Shown here: in pieces, positions 25,675 to 36,308 of the stretch
How the letters are laid out: each line of letters opens with the position of its first letter
Position numbering within the stretch: the first letter of the stretch is position 1
Assembly: GCF_039654945.1 (NCBI RefSeq)
Contig: NW_027361797.1
Coordinates: 34,534,001-34,598,000 of the forward strand
Length of the DNA stretch: 64,000 nt
Source of the DNA: Dendrobates tinctorius
Lineage: Eukaryota
Reading direction: 5' to 3'
Translations under genes and position numbers: made by a program
The notes under the pieces: generated by a model
Database searches by the model: none
What the model was told of the DNA's origin: nothing
The model's input: the letters and a program-made list of their open reading frames with translations, nothing else

Positions 25675-26635
25675 ACAGTGTGGATGTAGCAGAGCTGTAT
25701 GTGTACAAGGTGTACAGAGTGGAGCCGTGTGCGTACGAGGTGTACAGAGCTGAGCCGCGTTTGTACAAAGTGTATTGAGCGGAGCCCTGTGTGTAGAAAG
25801 TGTACGGAGCAGAGCTGTGTGTACGAGGTGTATTGAGCGGAGCCGCGTGTGTACAAAGTGAGCGGAGCCATATGTGTACAAGTGTATGGAGCGGAGCCGC
25901 GTGTGTACGAGGTGTACGGAGCAGAGCCACCTGTGTATGAGGTGTACGGAGCGGAGCCACCTGTGTATGATTTGTACGGAGTGGAGCCGCCTGTGTATGA
26001 GGTGTACGGAGCGGAGCCGCCTGTGTATGATTTGTACGGAGCGGAGCCGCCTGTGTATGAGGTATATGGAGCGGACCTGCGTTTGTACGAAGTGTATTGA
26101 GCGGAGCCCTGTGTGTATAAAGTGTACAGAACTGAGCCGTGTGTGTACGGGGTGTACAGAGTGGAGCCGCTTGTGTATGGAGCGGAGCCGTGTGTGTACA
26201 GGATGTACGGAGCGGAGCCGTGTGTATGGGTTGTACGGAGCAGAGCCGCGTATGTACGTGGCGTAAGAAACGGAGCCCTGTGTGTACGGAGCTGAGCCGT
26301 GTGTGAGCGGAGCAGAGCCATGTGTGTATGGGGTGGATCGGCGTGTGTATGGAGCGGAGCCACCTGTGTAAGAGGTGTATGGAACAAAGCCACGTGTGTA
26401 CAAGGTTTACGGAGAGGAGCTATGTGTGTACAAAGTGTACAGAGCGTGGCTGAGTGTTTACAAGGTGTACGGAGCAGAGCCGCATGTGTATGAGGTTTAC
26501 GGAGTGAAGCCATGTGTGTACTGAGTGGAGCTGTGTGTGTGCGAGGTGTACGGAGCGGAGTCATGTGTACGAGGCATAGAAAGCGGAACCGTGTGTGTAT
26601 GAGGTGTGCGGAGCCATGCGTGTACAAGGTGTGTG
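25675..26635. repeat. About 30-bp minisatellite (GTGTACGGAGCGGAGCCGCGTGTGTACGAG), about 30 copies, probably inside a non-autonomous DNA transposon starting near 25140
   Basis: Tandem units; explains the repetitive ORFs in several frames. Confidence 0.9.
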
Positions 26636-27024
26636 GTGGGGATCATTTATACCTCCCAACCGACCCGGATCCAGCGGGACAGTCCCGATTTTGAGAGAGA
26701 GTCTGCCCCGGCTGGGAGCTTACTTTTCCCACAGACACAGGAGTACACGGCGGAGCCCCGAGGAGCACTTTAAAATTTGCACGTGACGTTCCACCGGAAA
26801 TGACGTGCTAGAAGCTGACCAGAAATGAGGTAATTTCGGGAGGAGATTTTGATGGAACCATGGAGGCACTTCAGGGAATTCTTCAGATCCATCACTGTGT
26901 CCTCCGACCACAGCGCGGATAGCGGGATCACCTTGGACTGGGGGATGTCGGCCATGATATGTCCTGCAGCGGGAGGCTCAGGTGGGCATTACAATGGGAG
27001 CCGGGCTGCTATAGTATCCTTATA

Positions 27025-27510
27025 GAATCTTTCTTTTTCTCTCTGTTTCTTTCTCTCTCTCTGTTCTTTCTTTCTCTCTCTAATCTTTCTTTTTTTCTTT
27101 CTCTCTCTGTTCTTTCTTTCCCCTCTTCCTTTCTCTCTCTCTGTTCTTTCTTTCTTTCCCCTCTTTCTCTCTCTAATCTTTCTTTCTCTCTCTAATCTTT
27201 TTTACTCTCTCTCTGTTTCTTTCTTTCTCTCTCTCTGTTCTATCTTTCTTTCTCCTCTTCCGTTCTCTCTCTCTGTTCTTTCTTTCGCTCTGTTCTTTCT
27301 TTCTTTCCCCTCTTTCTTTCTCTCTCTAATCTTTCTTTCTCTGTTCTTTCTTTCTCTCTCTGTTCTCTTTCCCCACTTTTTTCTTTCTCCCTGTTCTTTC
27401 TTTCTTCTCCTTCTCTGTTCTTTCTTTCTCTCTCTGTTCTCTTTCCCCACTTTTTTCTTTCTCCCTGTTCTTTCTTTCTCCTCCTTCTCTGTTCTTTCTT
27501 TCTCTCTCCA
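27025..27510. repeat. Polypyrimidine (CT-rich) compound micro/minisatellite
   Basis: About 480 bp of almost only C/T with recurring CTCTGTTCTTTCTTT units. Confidence 0.95.
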
Positions 27511-27524
27511 CAAAGTAGCACCTA

Positions 27525-28847
27525 CATTTGAAAATGAGTTTTACCATCAAACGACTGGGACTGCGATGGGCTCGAAAGTAGCACCTACGCTTGCGAATCT
27601 TTTTATGGGGGTTTTTGAAGAAATATTTGTTTTTAATGAAATTTGGCAAAAATATATTGTATTTTATAAGAGATTTATTGATGACCTATTTTTTATTTGG
27701 GACAATACAGAAAACAATATTAATGATTTTATCCAACAAATGAACAACAACAATTGGGTATCTCCTTTACTGCTTTTTATGACGTTTTTAGCATTAACTT
27801 TTGAGATGTCACTCTTTTCGTAGAAAATAACAAGATCTGTAGTAAAACCTTGTTTAAGAAAGTTGACTCTAATAGCTATATCCACTTCAGCAGTGCGCAC
27901 TATCCTAAATGGCTGAAAAATATCCCCAACATCAATTTCGCCGTATCAGAAAGAACTGTACCACTGATACTGATTTTAAACACCAGTCTGCTATTCTCAG
28001 AAAAAAATTTTTAACCCAGAAATCTCGCTCACATCTGGTAAAAAAAAGCCTATAAAAATTCTATGAAATTGAAACAGACAGCGCTGTTAGAGAATAATGT
28101 TAAAAATGGTACTGATAATAAATTTTGCATGAATTTTATAACTCAATATAGCAATCAACACACGGAAATCCGCGAGGTCTTACAGAAAAATTGGTACATC
28201 CTACTTGATGACCCTGTCCTCAGTAAAATCCTCCCAAGAAATCCTGGAATAACGTACCGTAGAGCACCTACTATCAGGAGCATTATAGCACCTAGTCGCC
28301 TCAAGCCAGTAACCAACGGCCATGAGAGGCATATTTCAAACACTATTAAAGGGCTTTTAATTGTGGAACTAAGAACTGTTTATGCTGCCTGAGTATTGGG
28401 CATAAGATGATGGATATTATCTCCTTTTCCACTAAAGAGAAATTCAATATACCCTACTTCCTAAACTGTAATTCTAAATTTGTTATTTATATGATAGAAT
28501 GCCCCTGCGGAAAGCAATATGTAGGAAGAACTACACAACAACTTCTTCTCCGTCTGAATTCCCACAGACACAACATAAAAAAAGGTCTTCTTACCCAAGG
28601 TCTTTCGAGACATTATACCTTAGTTCATAATAAAGATTTTAATAAGTTAAAATTTATTCCTATTGATCATATCCCTGCTCATATCCCAAACAGGATTATG
28701 AAATTAAACAGGAAAGAGGTATATTGGATCTATAAATTAAGAAGCCTCAAACCACAGGGTCTTAGTGAGATCACAGAGGTTTTTATTTAATTTATTAATA
28801 GAGTTTGTTATATGTATTTATTTATATTTTTTTAATACTTATGGATG
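27525..28847 (+). mobile_element. Penelope-like element, RT C-terminal half plus GIY-YIG endonuclease (frameshifted); 3' part continues after the LTR insertion
   Basis: FY.Q..GTAMGS.VAP.LANLFM, RFIDDLFFIW, YRRAPTIR, C....VIY.IECPCGKQYVGRT...L..R...H, L.RKE.YWIY.L.SL.P.GL. Confidence 0.9.
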
Positions 28848-30167
28848 TGTGGCGCCCCTGAGGCTCAGTAGCCACAGAGGTTCTGCACCTCCTCCTGAGG
28901 TGTGGTGCCTCACCATCCAGTTAAGTTGGAGGCTCCTGACCACGCTCCAAAATCTGCATCCCACACAACACAGTAGTTCAGCAAAGCCACATTGCGGCTC
29001 CCTGCTTGGAGTGTAGCAGAGCACCTTTGGTGGCTCCCTGCTTGGAACACGAAACGTGCTGGGAGGCGGGTGGAGTTAGAATACATAAAAGAGCGCGAAG
29101 GGTTAGGATTTGAGGTCAGAGTCAGTCGGAGAGTCACTCAGAGAGGAGTGAGGAAAGAGGATCCCTGGGAGAGGGATGGAGGAAGTAGGTGCTGCAGCAG
29201 ACCTCAGTGACCTGGATCTGCTGGCACGGGAAAGGAAAGCAGGAGAAAGACATTGAACTGAAACCTGATCTTCCATGAGGAGGAGAGATTAGTACGGAAC
29301 GAAGGAGTAAAAGAGAACAGAGGACATGGGTTAGAGGAGAACCCTGCCTAGAAGTTCTAAGCGCAAGGCCGGGGCCCGGTCCCCAAGGTTGTATGGATGC
29401 TAATGGTCCTGCAGCAGACACCGGTGGAGTAGTGGGCTGTAAATGCACTACTCCCATCTAAGACTTGGGGGCACAACAGCAACTTGGATAGTGAGCCGGG
29501 ACTCAGGAGTAAGGAGTCCCCGAAGCAGGCTACAGCTGTCTGCCATACAAGTAGAGTTCTTGGGAACATCTGTCAGGAGGCACTCCAGTGTAACACAGTA
29601 CTGGGAGTACTTCACACTTAAAGGCACTATAAGAGGAGACTTCACAAAGGTACATGTTGGCGGAGCGTTGGAAGGGAGCATTCCATCTGGCCTAGAGGTT
29701 GATTGAGCCTCTGACCCGAACAACACAGTACGGAGGCAGGCACCTGTGTGTACTACAGACTGTGAGTAAAGCTTTAGAACTACAAGCCCTAGTGTCCTCC
29801 ATTGATTCTTGCGCCAACACACCCAGCACCGCTACATCTGGGTACCAGCTACTACACCGCTTGTGCCTCTCCTCTACCCCTACGTCTACACTGCCCTGGG
29901 GCTACAGCTTCACCTGTGGGGAGCTTCACCATCTTGGCTGCAACACACCACCAGCCCCAGAGGATCTGCACGCAGCGTCGACTTAACATCTCACTTGCCA
30001 AACACCACAGGTGGCGTCACGAACTATTCCATTAACTACATTCCACCATTCAATCTTCCCCTGTTAATTGGGCGCCCAGGGCCACGGACCTGATCACCGC
30101 TGCTGTGACACATCTTGCCGACACCGGCCCGGTACCGAGTACCCCACAGCCCTGGGAGGGCGACCCA
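28848..30167 (+). repeat. 5' LTR of the CSD-carrying element
   Basis: Direct repeat of 32663-33982 with TG...CA ends. Confidence 0.95.
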
Positions 30168-30173
30168 AATACT

Positions 30174-30191
30174 TGGCGTCACGAAAAGGAT
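30174..30191 (+). promoter_or_regulatory. Primer-binding site complementary to tRNA-Ser 3' end
   Basis: TGGCGTCACGAAAAGGAT versus the complement of a vertebrate tRNA-Ser(CGA) 3' end ATCCTGTTCGTGACGCCA (recalled); one mismatch. Confidence 0.75.
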
Positions 30192-30384
30192 GACTAGACC
30201 TGATGCCATCGGGTTCTGTGTGCCTAAGACTTAAAGTTTTTGAAGATGTGCCGAAGACCCAATTTAATAGACTGTACAATGAACATTAAAAATGGCCGCT
30301 GGCGTGGTGAAGAAGGACGTGATGACATGGGAGGTCCTAAGAAAAGACCGCGAACTGTCCTGGGCCTCCCCTGCCTGAATTACT

Positions 30385-31860
30385 ATGCAACGACAACATG
30401 GTCCACCCCCCGAGGGCTTCGTATACTGGCTTGGTATGGAGGAACTGGAAGAAGACGCCAAGAAGGAGGAGCGGAAGCCAGTGGCTGGAAAAGAGCCGAG
30501 ACAGGAAGAAGAACGCCAGAACGCCATCTTGGAAGGAGAAGGGAGGAGGCCTGCAGAGCGCGAGGAGGTTATGCTGGACCTCCCCGGCGCCATGGCTGAA
30601 GGCTCCAACCCCGTGTCCGAGATGAACCACCAGCAGCTGGAGGACGAAATCGCCCAGCTGACACGCCGACTGCAACTGAGGCAGGAAGCGCTATGGACTT
30701 TGAATCTGCAGCGCGCCCAGGAGGGGCCTACACCTGCGGTACCCGCACCACCGGTACCCGCCGCTGCTGCACCGGAATCTTTCCAGGCAGATCTTGTGGA
30801 GCCTGCAACCGCTGCCATACCACCGGTAGCGAATAGTGTTCCCTCTCTGCCGCTACCACCGGAGGAGTTGTACACGGTCCTGGGAGCCGTAACGGAGGAA
30901 GAGAAGCTCCCGGCCGGACCTGACGCGGCCACGCAGGTCCCTCCAGAGACCCCTGCAGACCCGGAGCCACCATTAGCTCCACTGCCGTTCCCGGTATCCC
31001 ACAGAATGGTACCCGCTGCCACCATGCCTGCATCAGAGCAGAGGCCGCACCACCAGGAGGTCCCAGGTATGTCTGAAGCCCCTACACCTGGGAAGGCCCT
31101 GGGGTGCACCGCGGTCGCGGCGGCCGGCCAGGTCGTGTTGGATCTAGTCTGGGACCGGGATATCTGTCCCTGGGGGGAACCATCTGAACCTCTGACGGTG
31201 GTGCAGCGGTACACCACGAGCCGGGATCGGTCTCGGGAGGAACGAGAAGAAGATGAGAACTCGGCTGGCTGCCAAGTGACCATCCGACAACTGGCAGCTG
31301 AACACCGAGAGAGGGAGCAGCGGAGGTTAGCTGTACTGGGCCCTGATTTGGACCGGAAGGAGCAAGTCCGTGCCGGTCGCTGTGGTCCCCGGGATGCAGC
31401 AGGTTGGGGGCACGTCCTGAATGTAAATCATGAGAGGGGGTTCGACTTTATCCATGACCCTAGCCGAATCTCCGATCTGTTCTTTAATCGGCGGGACGTG
31501 GAACCCCACTTGAGAAAAGGGCACCCTGTCAGAAACCTGCATCCGGGAGATCATGTAACGTTTACCAAACATGAGGGATTGAGAGGCTGGTATGCAATGA
31601 ACATCAGACGGGTCCTGAAGGATCTCATCAAGTCCTGCAGGCAGAAGCCGCCTACTGCCCCTTCATCCCCAGTGACCACTCCAACAGTGTTTGTACCTAC
31701 CCACATGTGCCGAGCTGGATCAGCACCAGTCCCGCAGCCAAGCATACAGAGGATCATGGGTTTGACTCCGATGGAGAAGGGGTACCTGCGGACTGCCAAT
31801 ACCTTTTTCTCCCCTAGAAGCAGTTCCAGTCCAGAAACCCCAGGAGGGGACAACAATTAG
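30385..31860 (+). CDS. 491-aa protein: acidic/coiled-coil N-terminus, Pro/Ala-rich linker, cold-shock domain (about aa 341-410), Pro/Ser/Thr-rich tail
   Basis: Uninterrupted 1476-nt ORF. WGHVLNVNHERGFDFIHDPSRISDLFFNRRDV...LHPGDHVTFTKHEGLRGWYAMNIRRV follows the CSD pattern G.V...N..+GFGFI....D(V/L)F.H.....L..GD.V.F.......G..A.NV. An in-frame upstream ATG at 30292 is cut off by one TGA at 30376. Confidence 0.75.
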   Translation: MQRQHGPPPEGFVYWLGMEELEEDAKKEERKPVAGKEPRQEEERQNAILEGEGRRPAEREEVMLDLPGAMAEGSNPVSEMNHQQLEDEIAQLTRRLQLRQEALWTLNLQRAQEGPTPAVPAPPVPAAAAPESFQADLVEPATAAIPPVANSVPSLPLPPEELYTVLGAVTEEEKLPAGPDAATQVPPETPADPEPPLAPLPFPVSHRMVPAATMPASEQRPHHQEVPGMSEAPTPGKALGCTAVAAAGQVVLDLVWDRDICPWGEPSEPLTVVQRYTTSRDRSREEREEDENSAGCQVTIRQLAAEHREREQRRLAVLGPDLDRKEQVRAGRCGPRDAAGWGHVLNVNHERGFDFIHDPSRISDLFFNRRDVEPHLRKGHPVRNLHPGDHVTFTKHEGLRGWYAMNIRRVLKDLIKSCRQKPPTAPSSPVTTPTVFVPTHMCRAGSAPVPQPSIQRIMGLTPMEKGYLRTANTFFSPRSSSSPETPGGDNN

Positions 31861-32662
31861 TCAAGATGCTTCTTTAAAATAACTCTCGTTACCCAGGAGG
31901 GTATTTGCACCGTTGTGCCTTTTGTTCCTTATTTTGACCATCATGGTTTAGTTTTGTTTTTCCAGTTGTTGCCAAGTTGTATTGGCAGCTTCCCCACTTG
32001 AACTGCAGAGATCATGAACGCTGAATGGTCCAGAACTGTTATTGTACTGTATATAGTTTGCACCTCTTTAGGTGCTCTCTCTCTTGGTTTTACATAGAAC
32101 TCTCTCTTCTTGAAGGAAGAATTTCCTCAGCATAAGGACATTTCCAGACGTGTTGGCCGGACCCATGTCTATTATTGCACTTATTGATAATGGTTAATAT
32201 ATTTTTGAGACAGAAAGCTAGAAAGTGATAATGCTTAATGACAGATTTTATAGTGAATGTTTTACAAATGTCGAAATTTAGTAACGGTATACTAAAGAAA
32301 TGTTGAAGTCCAAATGCCTTGATTGTGAATAAAGAATTGAGGTTACAGGTGATGAACCAGACACCAGCAGTTGTCATATAAGAAAGTAAGAGAATGTGTA
32401 GAGTAACAGAACAGAGATGTGTTGCTAGAAAAAGGTGAATTTATATTGAGTTACTTCCATAGCACTTTAAATTAGGTAGCATAATTTTGAATTTAGATAG
32501 CTAGTTAAAACTGTTTGCAATGTACAAGAAACCGTGCCTCCCACTTTGGGAAGTTTAGTATAAGAAATGTTTATTCAGCATTACAAAAATTTTGTATGTT
32601 CCTGAATTGTCAACTTTGTTTGCCTTGCAGCCCGCGGACATGCTGTGTTTAACAGGGGGGTA

Positions 32663-33982
32663 TGTGGCGCCCCTGAGGCTCAGTAGCCACAGAGGTTCTG
32701 CACCTCCTCCTGAGGTGTGGTGCCTCACCATCCATGTAAATTGGAGGCTCCTGACCACGCTCCAACATCTGCATCCCACACAACACAGTAGTTCAGCAAA
32801 GCCACATTGCGGCTCCCTGCTTGGAGTGTAGCAGAGCACCTTTGGTGGCTCCCTGCTTGGAACACGAAACGTGCTGGGAGGCGGGTGGAGTTAGATTACA
32901 TAAAAGAGCGGGAAGGGTTAGGATTTGAGGTCAGAGTCAGTCGAAGAGTCACTCAGAGAGGAGTGAGGAAACAAGATCCCTGGGAGAGGGATGGAGGAAG
33001 TAGGTGCTGCAGCAGACCTCAGTGACCTGGGTCTGCTGGCTCGGGAAAGGAAAGAAGGAGAAAGACATTGAACTGAAACCTGATCTTCCATGAGGAGGAG
33101 AGATTAGTACGGAACAAAGGAGTAAAAGGGAACAGAGGACGTGGGTTAGAGGAGAACCCTGCCTAGAAGTTCTAAGCGCAAGGCCGGGGCCCGGTCCCCA
33201 AGGTTGTATGGATGCTAATGGTCCTGCAGCAGACACCGGTGGAGTAGTGGGCTGTAAATGCACGTCTCCCATCTAAGACTTGGGGGCACAACAGCAACTT
33301 GGATAGTGATCCGGGACTCAGGAGTAAGGAGTCCCCGAAGCAGGCTACAGCTGTCTGCCGTACAAGTAGAGTTCTTGGGAACATCTGTTAGGAGGCACTC
33401 CAGTGTAACTCAGTACTAGGAGTACTTCACACTTAAAGGCGCTATAAGAGGAGACTTCAGAAAGGTACATGTTGGTGGAGCGTTGGAAGGGAGCATTCCA
33501 TATGGCCTGGAGGTTGATTGAGCCTCTGACCTGGAGGACACAGTACGGAGGCAGGCACCTGTGTGTACTACAGACTGTGAGTAAAGCTTTGGAACTACAA
33601 GCCCTGGTGTCCTCCATTGATTCTTGCGCCAACGCACCCGGCACTGCTACATCTGGGTACCAGCTACTACACCGCTTGTGCCTCTCCTCTACCCCTACAT
33701 CTACACTGCCCTGGGGCTACAGCTTCACCTGCGGGGAGCTTCACCATCTTGGCTGCAACACACCATCAGCCCCAGAGGATCTGCATGCAGCGTCGGCCTA
33801 ACATCTCACTTGCCGAACACCACATGTGTCGTCACGAACTATTCCATTAACTACATTCCACCATTCAATCTTCCCCTGTTAATTGGGCGCCCAGGGCCAC
33901 GGACCGGTTCACCGCTGCTGTGACACATCCCGCCGACACCGGCCCGGTACCGAGTACCCCACAGCCCTGGGAGGGCGACCCA
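32663..33982 (+). repeat. 3' LTR of the CSD-carrying element
   Basis: Direct repeat of 28848-30167. Confidence 0.95.
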
Positions 33983-34455
33983 GATGTCTTTTAATATTTA
34001 TTTTTCTGTGGGAGTTTTTAAAGAATTTCACCATAAAATACCTGATGGGTTGATTATTTAATTGTTACAAAAGATCTTATTCATGTTTTATAAGGGAAGT
34101 ATTTTTAATGTGCTTTTATTATATTTATTTCCATCATACTCCTTTATGTCTAGTAAGCCTTTTAAATTTAGAGACTTATTAACTATTAGTGCTCCACAGT
34201 AATAGGAATAAACCGATGGTGCTGCGGTTAGAAAATCAGGTGAGTAACCTAGACCCTGTTTTGTTTTGTTTTTTCTTTCAATTTTTTATATTCTATCTCC
34301 ACTCAGAGAAATAGTAGTTCTACAGAGCATTAACTCCTCTCCTCTTTCTTGACTTGTCTTTGGCCCCAGTAAAATAAATACTGTTATATTTATTTTTATT
34401 TTATTTTTTTTTTAAGTTTGTTAATAATATTCCTCTCAGAAATAATTGTACATAA

Positions 34456-34857
34456 GGCCTCTTTCACACTTCAGTTTTTACAATCAGTCACAATCCGCCA
34501 GGTTTTGAAAAAAACAGATCCTCAATTTTCTTTTGAGGATCCGTTTTTTTTCCCCATTGACTTGCATTAATGGCGGATTGTGACGGATTGCTGTCCGTTG
34601 CATCCGTTTTTTGTGAGGATCCGCCAAAAGTTGCCGTCCGTCTCCATCCTCAAAGATTTCAAAACGGAGCTTGCAACGTTTTATTCTCTGGCGGATCCTC
34701 CAGACACTGATTTAACCCGAAATTCTTTCTGGGTGCCGGACAAAATCAATCAATCTCTCTCTCTCTCTCTCTCTCTCATCAGTTCAGAACGGATCCCCTT
34801 GTCTGACTTTTTGGCGGATTTGAACTGATTCTAAAAAACTGAAGTGTGAAAGAGGCC
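34456..34857. mobile_element. PIF/Harbinger-type MITE
   Basis: TIR GGCCTCTTTCACACTTCAGTTTTTA / TAAAAACTGAAGTGTGAAAGAGGCC with TAA TSD on both sides. Confidence 0.88.
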
Positions 34858-35702
34858 TAACCAATCATTCCTTTGTCCTAAAGAAATCATCCTCTGACAT
34901 GATTTGCTGTCCTCAGGTGGTGTTAATAACGCTGCTGAAGGAGTGATTTTGTTTTTAAACTTTGGTATGTGACTTATACTAGCACTGGTCGCTGTATAAT
35001 TTGACTCTGTGCTGGAGCTTTTAACAGCCATGTGGTATTTGGAGAAGCGCTGTGTGCTCCTCCTTTGGTCCGATCCTGAAGGTGTATGCAATATTGCAGG
35101 TGTGGAGGACATTGTCCTTCCCACTCTGCCACTGAGCTTTGGAAGATGACTGATTCCCCCTCTTTTTTTTTCCTTTTCCCTTTATTCTAGTTCATCATTA
35201 AATAGGAATAATAAGCCGAACCTAAGTTTTTAAAAAAATATATATTCTATATTTTTTATTAATAAAACATTTATTTTTAATTCATTAAAATTTAGATCCC
35301 TACAATTTAATTTTTAACTAATGGTTTATTTCAACATATGTCTCTTCCACATTGGATATACTTGCAGGAACCTGTTACCGTAGCCGAGTGGTCTGATTGT
35401 CGGGCAGCAGATCTGGAGGAAGCTGAGGCATATCTCTAGGAGTTTCGTGTTTGAGATTTGCTTTTCTTGCTCAGCATATATGTGTTTTTTAATTTTACTT
35501 ATATATATTTTTTTTTCCTTTTGTTCAACAACCTGTGAAATTAAAATACACATGTCAATATAAGAACACTTTCTAACTATTACTATGAATTTTTATACTG
35601 TCTGCTAACTATGAACTTTGACTTCTGTCATCTGACTGTTTGGAGCTCATTTTTTTTAAATCTGTGTGTACTTAATGCACCACCTATGTATGCTTCATCT
35701 GG

Positions 35703-35749
35703 TATTTCCTGAAGAAGAGGTTGCAAAAAACCTTGAAACGCGTAGAATA
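35703..35749 (+). ncRNA. Minimal hammerhead motif
   Basis: TTC-CTGAAGA-A-GAGGTT(gcaaaa)AACCTT-GAAA-CGCG-TA-GAA; palindromic ACGCGT stem III, GUA triplet. Confidence 0.7.
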
Positions 35750-35997
35750 AACCACTGTCAAACTTTATTAACCTTCTGGAATTTCATCATTTGGGCAGCG
35801 CGGACGAAATCCACGTATTCCTTTGCAGAGCTCTGTTTCAGATAGTCGGTGACAGACTTGTGGATCTGCAGCAGCCCTTATCTATACATGCTTTGAATAC
35901 CTACTACCTGGTGAGCAGTTTTTTGTCAAACTGCTTACTTTATTTGTGGAATAAGACCCTATATTGCGCTTGTGTCTCCCTCTTTCCTCACAATACT

Positions 35998-36308
35998 AGT
36001 CTCTCCACATTTTAGAAGGGCCACATCCCCGTTAGAGGGTCACATCCCCATTACACAGGGTCACATCCACATTTTAGAGGGTCACATCCACATTTTAGAG
36101 GGCCACATTATGTGACCCTCTAAAATGTGAATGTGACTCTCTACAATGTGGATGTGACTCTCTATAATGTGGATGTGACCGTCTATAATGTGGATGTGAC
36201 CGTCTATAATGTTCATGACTATATTGTGGATGTGACCCTCTATATTGTGGATGTGACCCTCTATAATGTGGATGTGACCCACTGTAATGTGGCTGTGACC
36301 CTCTATAA
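35998..36308. repeat. 21-bp minisatellite with an orientation switch near 36108
   Basis: CCACATTTTAGAGGGTCACAT units followed by reverse-complement ATGTGACCCTCTATAATGTGG units. Confidence 0.85.

Larger units (their letters stand above)
28848..33982 (+). mobile_element. Non-autonomous LTR retroelement carrying a single cold-shock-domain ORF
   Basis: 1320-bp LTRs TGTGGCG...GACCCA (28848-30167, 32663-33982); TSD GATG (28844-28847, 33983-33986); PBS TGGCGTCACGAAAAGGAT at 30174; PPT AACAGGGGGGTA before the 3' LTR; no gag/pol motifs inside. Confidence 0.93.
33987..35990 (+). mobile_element. Probable continuation (AT-rich 3' region and terminal repeat) of the Penelope-like element at 27525
   Basis: T-rich sequence continues across the TSD; ends with a hammerhead motif and AATAAA at 35703-35751. 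Confidence 0.55.

Noticed and set aside
25513-26627. Long ORFs of 296 and 321 aa
   Set aside because: Translations of a 30-bp minisatellite, open in several frames and on both strands.
27202-27649. Lys/Glu/Arg-rich ORFs
   Set aside because: Reverse-strand reading of the CT microsatellite.
30264-31283. 339-aa antisense ORF
   Set aside because: Shadow of the GC-rich plus-strand ORF; no motifs.
30385-31860. Calling the LTR-internal ORF gag or env
   Set aside because: No CCHC knuckle, capsid/SCAN signature, signal peptide, furin site or transmembrane segment recognised. A very divergent gag N-terminus cannot be excluded without a profile search.
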